From: Octopus sinensis
Taxonomy: Eukaryota
Length of the DNA: 64,000 nt
NCBI RefSeq assembly: GCF_006345805.1
Contig: NC_042997.1
Location: 82,956,001 to 83,020,000, forward strand
Reading direction: 5' to 3'
A program made the position numbers and the translations under genes. The notes below the pieces were generated by a model that made no database searches, was not told the DNA's origin, and saw only the letters and a list, made by a program, of their open reading frames with translations. Every line of letters begins with the position of its first letter. Position 1 is the first letter of the stretch. Positions 26,744-43,600 of this stretch are shown one piece after another.

Positions 26744-27301
26744 TATGTTTGACTTTTGCTTTAAATTTGCACAAGCTGGCTCCAAGTCTCACCCAGAGAC
26801 CTCAAGAGACAAGTTGAAAGTTCGTGTTGGTGCTATGCCTAGGGTGCCATATATTTGGTTTTGTACTTAGTGTTGTACTAGTGAATGTCTAAAAAACCAT
26901 ACGAAAATTATGTTTGTTTTAAAACTTGATTACATAGAAAGTATTTTGCGTAGGATATGAGCAGTTCCCATGAGCACTATCTTTTGAATTTCTGCCGTTT
27001 TTGGGTTTCCTGGTATCTGAGTTAGGTAGAATCAGCCCCTTTTGCTATCATTCCCAGGGTACCTATGACAACAGGTATTGATTTAGTCTTCAGGTTCCAC
27101 ATTTTGCTGATTTCTATTTCCAGATCTTTATAATTGCTCAGTTTCTGGTAGGTCTTGACAGATACGTTTATATCGATTGGGACAGTCATATCAATGAGGA
27201 GGCATGTTTTTTATCTGAAGTCTTTTACTATGATGTCTGGCCTATTCGCGTCTATCTTTCTGTCAGTTTGAATGGTGAAGTTCCAGAGGAGTGAGATGTG
27301 G

Positions 27302-27306
<5 letters not shown>
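26743..27306 (-). mobile_element. R4/Dong-like family B, 3' piece (RLE domain and 3' UTR)
   Basis: NDHISLLWNFTIQTDRKIDANRPDIIVKD...CLLIDMTVP...YKDLEIEI...GTAHILRKILSM*; ends in the (TAA)n tract at 26662-26742. Confidence 0.9.
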
Positions 27307-27345
<39 letters not shown>

Positions 27346-27359
27346 TATTATTATTATTA

Positions 27360-31030
<3,671 letters not shown>

Positions 31031-31049
31031 TATTATTATTATTATTATT

Positions 31050-33155
31050 CCTCCTTCGTAACACAGTGTAGGGAAAAATGCACCGGACTCCTTAGGCATC
31101 TGTCACAACAAGGACCTCAGGCAGATAATACTTTGCTTAAAATGTGCGCTATGCGCAATAAGGCTGCTTTTTGCAAGACATCAATCTTGCATGGGATTTC
31201 CAGTTGCCTTAAGAAGTTTTGAAGTTTCAATGGGATTGAGCCCAGCGCTCCGATTACCACAGTATCATTTTTACATTACCTTCTCGCATTCCATAGTCAA
31301 ACCATTTCTACTTTCAATTCGGAGTACTTGGTGATTTTTCGACCTTTTTACTCGCAACATTCATATTTGGTATGGTTACATCAATGATCTGACAGTATTT
31401 GTCTCTCTTATTCAACATGACAATATCCTGCCGACGGTGTCCGATTACACGATCCGTCTGAAAATCATAGTCCCAGAATATCGTTATTTTTCCATCCTCC
31501 TGCATATCTTTACTTGGTACATGCTCATACCAGTTCTCTGTTACTTCATATTGGTATGTACGGCATAAGAGCCAATGAAGATACACACAGACTTTATCGT
31601 GGCGGCGTTTGTATTCTTTTTGTGCAAGGTTCTCACATCCACTTACCACGTGGGTCACATTTTCCACACTCTTTCCATAGAGTCTGTATTTTTGGGTGTC
31701 AGAAGTTTTATAGATGTTATACTTTCCTGAATTGGTAGCGAGAGCCTGGTCTTGTGCAGCAATGATCAGGCTTTCAGTGGTACAATTCAAATCATCTCGC
31801 TCAAGCCATGCCCACGATGCTGTATTATCCTTAACGTCCTTCGTATTCCTTTCAAACTGTCTATACGTTCTCATTTCAAGAAGGTCTTCTTTTCTCTTCT
31901 CAGCTCTTTGGTTAAAACTTTTCCTTGCCCATCATTTCATCTACATTTACACCCATATCTTTCGCGGCATAGTGCAGCAGGTCTTCATCACTATTTATCA
32001 AATACTCGGCAAGCGCTCTTCATTCACTCCTTATACAATGGTCTATAATAATTAGTCCTCTGCCACCATTCTTTCTTTTCATATACAGTCTGTTTACGTT
32101 TGCTTTATGGTGTAGCGTCCCATGCAGCGTCATCAACCTTTTCGTCCTTCTATCCAGTGTTGATATTTCCTCCTTAGTCTATTTGAGGATGGACGCACTA
32201 TATTTAACCACCGCAACTGCCCAGATATTCATTGCGTTAATCAAATCTTTGGCATTTAGGTTGGATTTCAACACCATCCTCACCCTTTTTTGATATGCCT
32301 CGCTGACCTTAACTTTCATTTCACTGTGTAGAATGTCATCCACCTCCAAATTCCAAAGATATCTATACCCTAGATATTTATACCCTAGATATCTATACCC
32401 ACGATACTCGCAATCCTCTGCAGGCTGCTTTCTTCCCTCTTTTCATATTAAGTACTGAGCATTTGGTAATCCCAAATTCCATACCGTTGTCCTTATCACA
32501 CTTCTGGACTGTTTTGGTTAAGGAATCTATCTGTTTTTTTTTCAGATTTCCCAAACAATTTCAGGTCATTCATAAACAGAAGATGGTTCTTCTTTCATCG
32601 GTAACCCATCATAATTTTCCTAAGTGTTATTGTTATGGGTATTAGTGCAATTACAAAAACTAACGGAGAAAACGAGTCACCTTGGAAGATTCCCCTTTTA
32701 ATATTAACTTCTCCAAGAAATACATTACTTGAGTACCGTTTGGTTTTCCACTCTTTCATGCTATGCATCAGAAAATTTCTGATGTTGTCAGCAACACCAA
32801 ACATCTGCAGGAATTCAACGATCCAAGAATGAGGCACCATATTATATGCCTTCTTAAAGTCAATCCAAGCAATAGACATGTTTCTAACAATGCCTCAAAA
32901 CTGTTTTATCGACGACCAGGTGATCCTTGGTACCCTGAGGACTCTTCCTACATCTTTTTTGTTCCCTTTGTAGCATTTCTTCATGCGCCAAGAAAGTGTA
33001 TGCCTTTGACGCACATATTCCAGGGAGTATCTTCCAAATTATGTTTAGGCATGCCCTGGGACGGTAGTTTCCCACAATATTCCCCTTTCTTTTATCTTTC
33101 ATTACAAGTGTTGTCCTCTCAGTCACCATCCACACGGGGACTTTCTAGAGATGCT
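31050..33155 (-). mobile_element. R4/Dong-like family C, decayed and 5'-truncated (RT to RLE)
   Basis: NYRPRACL, WIDFKKAYNMVPH, GIFQGDSFSPL, LFMNDLKL, AAQDQAL, KRRHDKVC, IFWDYDFQTD, HILSKVLSA*. Confidence 0.9.
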
Positions 33156-33178
33156 CATTCATTCATTCATTCATTCAT

Positions 33179-33232
<54 letters not shown>

Positions 33233-33240
33233 TATTATTA

Positions 33241-33281
<41 letters not shown>

Positions 33282-33880
33282 GAGTAAGAGAGCAGTGCAT
33301 GCCATCAAAGTGACACTGGGGTAAAATATACGAAGCCCAATATACCCATCATGACTACCCGTCTGATAATGGTACACCAGGCACATGCATCACAACCATA
33401 TGTGCGCGACATGGTGATCTCATATCAAGATAAACAGCACATGACCTTGCAGGTGGGGCCCAGTGAGAATTTTCTTCAGGTTGAGTAGCCCATCCCGCTC
33501 AAAAGGTCCCTGAATAAGGGTTGTTTAAGGATATTGGAAGAACCACCCATGTTTCCAGAGGTGAATTATTCAAACTCCAAAGAATCCCTCTCAACACATG
33601 GCTATGATGCTCCCCCACTACTTCTGCTCGTGATCAGAGATGCACATATCGTCAGCCACTAAGGGACATGCTCAACTGGTTAAGGTCAAACAACTGACAA
33701 GCAAATCTGTGGTATTGAGCAGAATATTTGCTGTAGCCCATCTTTTATACCAAGACAAAACAATGTACATGATAACACTTCCAATCAGTTAAGATCAGAA
33801 GCTATGAGAGCCACTGCCTGGTACTGCATCAGGGCATTTAGGTACTGCATCAGGGCATCCTGGTACTGCATCAGGGCATT
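33282..33880 (-). mobile_element. Non-coding (TAA)n-flanked element D, copy 1
   Basis: Same ends and sequence as 34184-34745; no transposase or RT similarity recognised. Confidence 0.85.
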
Positions 33881-33913
33881 TATTATTATTATTATTAATA
33901 TTATTATTATTAT

Positions 33914-34088
33914 TTTGGTTTGGCTTATTCCTGGTAGGAAGTATGTGATAGTAAGGTTAATACCTGAAACCTTATGTATCCACAAGATTTCAGTAGTCTT
34001 TCTAGTGCTTAGAACCCTCCTGATAATCCTTGCTGTCCCTAAGGGACAAACTTTCTGTAGGAGCTTTACCGGACATTCTATTTCAATC

Positions 34089-34090
<2 letters not shown>
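33914..34090 (-). mobile_element. R4/Dong-like family E, short 3' end
   Basis: IEIECPVKLLQKVCPLGTARIIRRVLS, the R4-type C-terminus, between TAA tracts. Confidence 0.75.
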
Positions 34091-34161
<71 letters not shown>

Positions 34162-34183
34162 TATTATTATTATTATTATTATT

Positions 34184-34745
34184 GAGCGAGAAAGCAGTGT
34201 ATGCCATCAAAGTGACACTGGGGTAAAATATACGAAGCCCAGTATACTCATCCTGATTAGCCGTTTGATAAGGGTACACCAGGCACATGCATCACAACCA
34301 TATGTGCGCGATATGGTAATCTCATATCAAGATAAACAGCGCATTACCTTGCAGGTGGGGCCCAGTGAGAATTTTCTTCAGGTCGAGTAGCCTATCCCGC
34401 TCAAAAGGTCCCTGAATAAGGGTTGTTTAAGGATTTTGTATGAAACACCCATGTTTCCAGAGGTGAATTATTCAAACTCCAAAGAATTACTCTCAATACA
34501 AGGCTAGGATGCTCCCCCACTACTTCTGTTCGTGATCAGAGATGCACATGTTGTCTGCCACCAAAGGACATGCTCAACTGGTTAAGATCAAACAACTGAC
34601 AAGCAAGTCTGTGGTATCGAGCAAAATATTTGCTGTAGCCTATCTTTTATACCAAGACAAAACATGATAACACTTCCAATCAGTTAAGATCAGAAGCCAT
34701 GTGAGTCAGTGCTGGGTACTGCATCAAGGCATGGTATTGCATTGC
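34184..34745 (-). mobile_element. Non-coding (TAA)n-flanked element D, copy 2
   Basis: Homologous to 33282-33880. Confidence 0.85.
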
Positions 34746-34769
34746 TATTATTATTATTGTTGTTATTAC

Positions 34770-34861
<92 letters not shown>

Positions 34862-34890
34862 CGTCGTCGTCGTTGTTGTTGTTGTTGTTT

Positions 34891-35215
34891 ACTTTTAATC
34901 TGCATATTTAATGCAATCACTTTCCGGGACTCAGCCAGCACCCTAGGGCAAGTGAAGGTTAAGAGATGTTGAAATATAACTGAAAACCTGGCGAGGGGAA
35001 GTGGCGAGGGCAGTAGAGAAATATCTCCATATGATGCAGCACAGACATTTAAATTGATAGGGTTTTTGTAAGGATGTCAGCACAATCTTTTGGATTGCCG
35101 TGAGACATGGTTCTCCTGGGATGTTATCTAAATGTTTCTGGCATCACTTTTTTTTATCATACCTAGAGCACCTACAATAACAAGAACAGTTTTTGCTTTG
35201 GGGGTTGTTACCTGT
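34891..35215 (-). mobile_element. R4/Dong-like family F, 3' end
   Basis: KTVLVIVGALGMIKK...NIPGEPCLTAIQKIVL..ILTKTLSI*; tail runs into (CAA)n/(TAA)n. Confidence 0.7.
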
Positions 35216-35693
35216 TTTAATAACCAAATTATCAACTGGAATAGAATGAGTGTTGAAGGGAACCAAAATAGCGTTGTAGATTACTTTCGTCAAAACTCTA
35301 CTTTCTAGTGTAAGCAACCACATCGTTTCCATCGATTCTGATAATATAAAATAACAGATTATTGAGATTTATTATTTATTGAGCTATATTAACTATATTA
35401 TTATTTATACAACAGCACTACAGTGGGTAACAGCGAACCATGTTGCACATACAGATATATTTGACATGTGACAGGAAAATGTGATATAGTGGAGCACTGT
35501 TCTATTATTTCGTTTCAGGAGGTGGAGTTAAGAACTTGTCTGAATCATACGATACTTTCGGGAGAAAGAAATGAGCTCAATAATGATACTGTAAATATAG
35601 ATTTATAGATACTGAAAAAGATAACATATATGCACGCTTACACACACACACACATATACACACACACGCAGTATTTGTATGTATACATGTGCG

Positions 35694-35728
<35 letters not shown>

Positions 35729-35861
35729 ATATGGTGTATATACATATACGTATATATGTATATATGTAAATGTGTATATACTTATATATGAATCATATAT
35801 ATATATATATGTACATATATATTCATGTATAAATGTTCATGTATAAATGTTCATATATATA

Positions 35862-35903
<42 letters not shown>

Positions 35904-35947
35904 TGTATATATATATATAAATATATATACATACATATATGTACATA

Positions 35948-36013
<66 letters not shown>

Positions 36014-38096
36014 TCAAAAATTTATATATGTATATATTGTGTCATTTTCTTTATACGCCGTCTTTATCCTATACACTTTACTTAATTATAATTGAACAAA
36101 CATCATTTCTATACCCAATATTGTTAGTTCCAGTTCATATTAATTGAAAACTATTATGTATGTAGCATAGCTATTTAACAGAAAAGGAACTAGCAGAGCG
36201 ACTCGTACCATGACTGAAAAATCCTCAAAAATGTATAGAACAAGTTCCAGGAATTGACTGTTCTGGATCAATTAGGTGTTTTGTGGGGTTATGTTTTCAC
36301 AATATTTGTATATGCTCTTGAATTTATAAATGGAGAAGAAACAGAGTTTATGTCTATTGAAAACACGTTCTATATTATTGAGATGGATTTTGTTGATGAT
36401 CAGTAAAAATCCCTGTAGATCAATGTTTAATTTAAATACCTGTCAATCTCTATAAGCAGAAAAAAAAGAGAAACAAGGTAAGAAACGTAATTAGGGAGAG
36501 AATTTTAACATTTTAGACAGAGAATGATAAACAGCACTTATGATATTTTGTAGGGTTGTTGTGGCTGGTGGAATAAGGTAGATGGAAGAAGAAATCTTGA
36601 TCTTTTAGGTTCTAAATGCTGTCTCGATAGCATCACTTCTGCTAAAGGACTGGAGCCGAGGGAAAACTGAAGGACTGAGATATCGTAGAGGACGACGAAA
36701 AATAAAATACAGAGAGAAACGTACGTGTTTAGAAAGAAGTATGTGAATAACTAAAGCAGATTTAGTTGTAGTATCGATAGTGGAAGGAAGACAGAGGAGA
36801 CCGTGTGCTTGTGAACTAGTGATTGATCAGTGAAGCAACGTCAATGAGTCAGATTGATTTCTTTGAATGCCCGTTTAACTACAGCACTGTTTCAGGTGTG
36901 TGATCAATACTTTAATGTAGGTTTTACTCAGGGGGTCAATATCTGATCAGATGAGAAGAATTTCTCTGACTGGGAGAAAAAAAGCCTAGGATAAGTTTTA
37001 ATAGTATTTCATAAACGGATAATTATCGCGAGCAGTTATCATACATTGTGTGATGTAGAATTTTTAGATACTTCAATGATATTAATTGAGTGTTAATCCT
37101 CCGTTTTGATTTATTTGAAGAATACAAGGATGCAATGTATCCATTAGAACAGTTTTTCTCATAGAGGATGGGTGAGTATGCTCTGCTGGGGAGAGATTGA
37201 AAAGAGCGTAGGCACATTGCTAAATTAAAAAAAATTAAGGTGGTTTCCACCTTCGTAAATATGTCAAACACCTCGATGAAGGAAGGAAACTGATATGGAT
37301 GTAGTGTTTATTCTGTCTTCTCATTAATAAACAAATGAAGAAGTGCCGAAAATCTCAATAATATTTCGGGTAGATTTGTTATTTGCCGGTTTGAGAATCA
37401 GTTCATTAGAAGTGAACCTCTTTTGCTAAGTATCTAAGCTGTAAATGACGCCTGTGTACAGAAGCTCAAGGAGGAGTGATGCTTTGCATTAATCCTGTAG
37501 AACTGTGTGTTGTTAGAAGAAGTAGCGAGAACCCCATTGTAGTAAACTGAAATCAGTATTGGAGACATAACCGGGGTTTCCGTTAGATCTTGTTGCAGAG
37601 AAGCTAAATTGAAGTTTACTAAGGAGGAGCCTGAAAACGTGTAGGTGAGACAAATAAGCGACCATTCGAGGGAATGAAATATACTGTAGTGTGTTTCCAT
37701 AGAATTAGGTACATTTCTGTAGAGAGAAATATTTACGAATTTAGAGATATATGGTTTAGTTCTGGAGCCACCCTTGTTGAACTTTAGCAATCGGAGAAGT
37801 TGCCACTGGTATTTAGCCCCAGTTCAGTCCAAATTGTACCGAGCTATCATCAAAAACTTTTCAACTACGACCCTTCCACTTGTTGCATTATTGTGATATA
37901 CTGTCTAATGTGTCAGTCTTATCTTAGATTCTGTTAGCAGCGCTGATCTGAGAGAGTGTCAGCTGTAGTATTTACCAAGAAGGGCACCGTGTGTGAGTGC
38001 TTGTGTATGCGTGTGCGTGTGTGTGTGTGTGTGAAAGAGAGAAAGAGAAGGAGCGAAGAAGAGAGCAAGAGATAGAGAGGGAAGCCGAGAGAGAGA

Positions 38097-38130
<34 letters not shown>

Positions 38131-38355
38131 CAGAGAGACAGAGAGACAGAGAGACAGAGGGTAAGATTACCAGTTCGTTATCAATGAAAGAGACCTTCTG
38201 TGTATTTTGCGGTACTTCATAATACTGTAATACACTTTATTTATTAGGACCCCGACTTCGCAATACTCGCCAGTAACTCTCACATTTGATGACTGAATGT
38301 TCATGGGGGACAGTTGAAACAGAGGAGAGTTTCAGAGAAATTGGGTTTTGTGAAT

Positions 38356-38396
<41 letters not shown>

Positions 38397-38637
38397 GTGT
38401 GTGTGGTATTTGTATACACTTACTTGAAAGTTATCTTTGATTAGGGCAGTTTTCAAAGTTAAAGGAGACTATCTTGCCGTTACAAAAGATGGTGTAACTC
38501 CAACTAAAGAGACAGGAGGATCTAGTGTCTGCAAGAAGAATAAGACGTGTGGTTTAAATGTTAATCGGAGATGGTAAGTCGAGTTTATATTAATAGATTG
38601 TGAAGTAGAGAAAGCAACTCAACTCCGAGTAAGTTAT

Positions 38638-39450
38638 AATGTGCATTCCAGAAGTTTTCAAACTTTTCAGGAAAGACATTTATAAATTTCAAAGAAGTAC
38701 AAAACTTATCTCCTTGAAAATAAGATCCTTTGACTTCAATGTATTTGTAGCGCCCCAGCCACACTGTAAAGTCCCCATGTAAATCCTCTAAAGTAAAGGT
38801 GTCCAGAGTGAAAAAAAAAAAAAACAGAAGGTAAAAGTCACCTTCTCGAGTTATGCGGATTCATAAGGACCACTTACTCGGTTTCCTTGGAGTATAAATT
38901 CTTGCACCAGGACGGGACACCGGCCTGTCGCAGGATTACTCATTTTTGCCAGCTGAGTGGACTGGAGCAACGGGAAATGAAGTGCTTTGCACAAGAACAC
39001 AACACGTCGTCCGATCCAGGAATCGAAACCACAATCTTACGACCGTGAGTCCAACAACCTAACCACTAAGCCATACGCCTCCACAGGTGTCCAAGAATCT
39101 TGTCACAACCGCCTTCAAATTCAAATCGATTGCCTTTGAGATTCTCCTTCAGCTTAGGGAACAATCAAAAGTCACAGGCATCAAGGCCTGGACTGTAGAG
39201 GTGGGTGGGTGAGTGCTAGTTTTGAAGCCCATTTTCGCCAAGTAGCTGGTCATCAGAATGCTCGTCATTAGGCATACCACGAACAAAATTTGCACAAACT
39301 TTGCTTATTCTTAGATCTTCATAAATAACTCTGTGTACAGTTGCCACATCAACTCTAAACTGATTGCTTATTGACAGTAAGGACTTCTGGTATACTTGAC
39401 TGAGGAAAGAAGGCCATGAATGACCCATCATTTTTTGTCTGTCCTAATTG
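38638..39450 (-). mobile_element. Internally deleted mariner remnant
   Basis: VHRVIYEDLRISKVCANFV; YSPGLDACDF*LFPKLKENLKG; KYIEVKGSYFQGDK. Confidence 0.75.
38806..39084 (-). mobile_element. SINE family C inserted into the mariner, TSD AGGTGTCCA
   Basis: tRNA-like head, ttgcacaagaacacaac core; 9-bp direct repeats at 38797-38805 and 39085-39093. Confidence 0.85.
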
Positions 39451-39889
39451 TTGTTTCTCCTGTCCACCTTTGTATAGTCTATCTGTCCGAATGTTTTATT
39501 GTCCTCTATTGCGTTTTTGTTCGTTTTTTTAAAATTTATATATACATATAGCGGTTTACGTACACACTTGTGCTCACCTTATAGTAGGTACGTATCTAAA
39601 TTTTGTACAGTTCTTACTCTATCTTTTAGTCACTCTACTACGTTCTTTCTCTTTTCTTTTTGTCACTCCCCCCTTTCTTTCTCACATTTCTTGGCCCTCT
39701 CTTTCCTTAACTCCTACTTTTTCCCTCTCGTTTATCTCCCCTGTACCTTTCCCTTTGTCTCTAATTTTTTCTAAATCTTCAATCCCGCTTCCCCTACCCT
39801 CTCTCTTCCTTCTACGTGACCGGTGTCCGGCCAGCCACGATCATTATTTCTTGGCCTGACTGCCGACCGCCAACACCTCTTATGTCTGG

Positions 39890-40440
39890 GATATCACTGA
39901 GAAACTGCTGAATCCGTGGCTCCAAGTCCTCCAGTGTGCGATCGGTATTATAACATCCCAGCTTCGTCACTCCAGAGAATGTTTTCAAACAATTCAGGCC
40001 AATCTTCATACAAAACTTAGCATTAACTCTCCATATTCCATTCTGTGGACACAGTCTTCAGGTTTTAGTTCCATCACGCAGTGGGGTTTCCACGGACGAA
40101 AATTCAATTTTTTATACAGCACCGTATGTACTGTGTGTCTTGTTATTCCACTTTCACGAGCTACTCGACGTGGTGAGTTTTGTGGGATGCAATTAAACAT
40201 TTCCTGCACTGTTGCCAAGTTTTCCGCTGATGGGGATGTGGTTGGACGGCCACTTCTTGCATCGTTCACAAAGCCCGTGGTCTTTGCACAACAGCTTTTT
40301 ATTGTCTCCGGCCGTAGTGCTGCATGCTTACCTTTCTATGCACGCCACCATCAATCATCCAAAACAATGAACTTCTACACTTCTTAGCGTGCTGCTATCT
40401 TAGCTCACTCCTGAACAGTCAAGCGACCAGCCTTCTGGAA
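39890..40440 (-). mobile_element. Internally deleted Tc1/mariner-superfamily remnant (rosa/DD41D-like)
   Basis: DARSGRPTT..ENLATVQEMF..PQNSPRRVARESGI..LNFRPWKP..ELKPED, joined to TLEDLE.RI. Confidence 0.65.
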
Positions 40441-40589
40441 AATAAGAAATTAGAAATAAGACATTAGGAAAATAAAAGAATCCCTATTTGTGTTGTCTGT
40501 TTAACAAATGTTTTCGTCATGGTTTCAGTGATAGTAAAAATTCTATAAGCAAATTCTAATGCCTAGTTATTTTCCAGCCACTGTGTGTA

Positions 40590-40626
<37 letters not shown>

Positions 40627-40631
<5 letters not shown>

Positions 40632-43600
40632 TTAGATATGTTTCGACCAGAGATTGGTCCAGGCCATGTCTAACTTAATAGCACCACCTGATAGGATTAT
40701 TCGAATCCTGTTTAAGTCAAGTTTTGTTCAAGTAGTGAGTTCTTGTTGGGTGAGTTGTATCCAGTTTTGTTCAAGTAGTGAGTTCTTGTTGGGTGAGTTG
40801 TATCCAATTATGGGTGGCTTGTCTGGTATTCTTTGAAGGAATCTATCCAGACTCTGTTTGAAGTTGATGGGATCCTTTTCCTCTTTGATCTCCCTCGGGA
40901 CAATGTTAAATAGGGCAGGGCCTGTTGAGGAAAAGAAATTATGTTGCAGTGTACATGTATGTTGTGATCTTGAATTTGGCAGGGGACGTATAGTCCGTGG
41001 TCCAAGTCTCGGATGAACCTTGAAGCTAATGTTTAGGTCGTTTGGGCAAAGTTGGCGGTATATTTTCCACATCGTACAAATGATGTACCGCTCACGGCGA
41101 CGCTGGAGGGAGTAAAGTTTCAAGGCTTTAAGGCGATCCCAATAGTCGAGAGCAGCCATGCCTTCAATTTGTTTAGTAAGAGCCCTCTGGGGTGACTCAA
41201 TTCTGGAGATGTTTTGTCTTGTGTGAGGAGACCACAGTGGGCAGCAGTATTCAAGGTGTGGCCGTACAAAGGATGAAAAAAGTGGTATGATGACACCTTG
41301 TTCTCTGGACCGGAAAGTTCTTAAGATCCAGGAACTCATCCTACGAGCTGTATCGACCTTCTTGTTGATGTGTGCACTCCAACTGAGATCGTCATCAACA
41401 ATTACACCCAGGTCTCTGATATTGTTAGAGGCTGTGAGCGGTTCCCCTGAAGGAAGAGAGTATGGTTGTTTTAGTGAGGAATTTCTTCCAAAATGCATCA
41501 GCTCAAATTTTCCCTCATTCAGTTGCATTTTGTTTCTGTCTGCCCATTGACTCACAGCATATAGGTCAGACTGGAGTTGAGTTCGGTCTGCTTCTTCATT
41601 GACGATTTGCTGGAGCTTAGTGTCATCAGCGAATATTTTCACTTTGCAGTGATGTACGACACTGGAAAGGTCGTTTACATAAATTATGAAGAGTAGCGGA
41701 CCCAAAACAGTTCCCTGGGGAACACCGCTGGTGACTTTTGCTGGTTTTGAGTGGACTCCATCAACTACAACATGTTGTGTTCTATTCGCTAGGAATACTG
41801 AATCCAGTGTAGAACTTTTCCACGGATTCCAACATTTGCCAATTTTGAGAGTAGGATGTTATGGTCTACCCTGTCGAACGCTTTACTGAAGTCAAGGTAT
41901 ATGACGTCAGAGTTCGAACCTGTTCCCAAGGCTTTGAGTACATCTTCAATGTGGTGTAAGAGCTGTGTTAGACAGTCCCTGCCACAGCGAAAACCATGTT
42001 GATTTGAATTTAGGAGTTTGTGGGTCTCCAGGAAGTCAGCTATCCTTGATCTTAACACTCTTTCAAACACTTTAATGATGTGGGAGGTGAGTGAGATTGG
42101 GCGATAGTTGACTGCGAGGGATCTGTTTCCCTGTTTGAAAACCGGGATGACCGACTGGGATAGAAACTTTTTCGGTATATAACCTGCGTCTAACGAGTTT
42201 CTCCAGAGGTTGGTCAGAGGGACTGCAAGTTGATATCTACATTCCTTCAGGAGACTGGCGGGAAATCTATCAGGGCCTACAGCGGAGTAATGTTTGACCT
42301 CATTTATTGCTGCTACGATGTCGGTGGCAGTGAAGGTTATGTCTGCGATTTTGTGTTGGGAGTCAGCTTCGTTCGTTTCCCTCACATCAATATCAGTGGG
42401 AACACTGAAGACAGAGCAATATTGTTTCTGCAGTATTTCTGCCATTTCTTTAGCATCGTGTTGGGGAATGCCGTTTTCATCAATCAATGGCCCAATAGGT
42501 GAGACAGTGGTTCTATGCTTATTTGCATAAGAATAGAACACTTTTGGGTTCTGTTTGATGTTTTTGATTACCCATTGTTCCTCCACAGCTCTTTGATTTT
42601 CAATGGAGGTTTTCATGTTAGTCTGCAGATGAAGTTTTTCCAGCTCTAGTCTTTTCATTGTTGTTGAATGTGGATGTTGCATGTGGGAATATTTTAATTG
42701 GTTGATTTTTTGTTGAGTCTTTTGATGCGCCTGATGAGTGTTTTTTTCTTTTTAGGGAGCCGGTTTCTGTTTGTGTTAGTAGATTTCTTGGGAGCGTGTT
42801 TAGAGCATGTGTCGGTGACAATGGTTTCAAAGTGCTGCCACGCGGTCTCAATATGAGGGGAATTGAGAGTAAAAGACCAGTCGATGGAAGACAGATCCTT
42901 TCTGATTGTTCCCCAGTCCGCTTTGTGGAAATTTATGTTGTCAAATGGGTGCCATGGAGTGGGATTGGCTGGTTTGGTTTTTATACGCCGGGAATTAAGA
43001 TTGCAGAGTACCATGTCGTGGTCTGAGAGGAGAGTTTTTTCGACTGAAATGCTGTGAACGTAGCTAGAGTGATTGGTCAGTACCAGATCCAAGATCGTTT
43101 TATTCTGTCTCGTTGGTTCAAGCACTAGCTGAGTCAGGAAATACTCATCCATCAGATTAAAGAGCAGTTCTGCTGCTGCCCTATCTGATGTAGAGCACTT
43201 GCCTAACTTCGGAGTATTTGTGGGCCAGTTCACATGAGGGAGGTTAAAATCACCCATCACTATTATGTTTCCGGAGTGGTACTTCCGAAAGAAGGACTTG
43301 ACTTTGCTAAGGCACTCTTCAAAGTACTTTAGAGGTGCCTGGGGAGGCCTGTAAAGACCAACAATGGTTATGTCCTTGGCTTTGTTGTATACTGATACCG
43401 ATTCACAGTAGCCATTGGAAAATGTGTCCTTGGCATCAAGTGAAAAGGAGTCATGGATAAAGATGGCTGTCCCTCCCTTATTTCGGTCTGTGCGATCCGC
43501 ACGAACAATGGTGAAATCTTTTATTTTCACCTCTGCGTCCATATGGGTGTTGTTCAGGTGAGTCTCGGTAAGGATAAAGAAAGGGAAGCAATGTGCCATT

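Noticed and set aside
33770-33880. HDV-like or hammerhead ribozyme, or U2 snRNA similarity, at the 5' end of element D
   Set aside because: No P1/P1.1 or catalytic C could be placed by hand. CTGACGA near 33650 is not conserved in copy 2. The U2-like TGCAGTACC match is too short.
35519-35590. Candidate exon EVELRTCLNHTILSGERNELNNDT with good splice sites
   Set aside because: It is open only in phase 0, but the host intron is phase 1, where it hits TGA; no partner exons of a second gene were found.
36200-37800. Possible old retroelement sequence on the minus strand
   Set aside because: Short ORFs have no diagnostic motifs; cannot be classified by eye.
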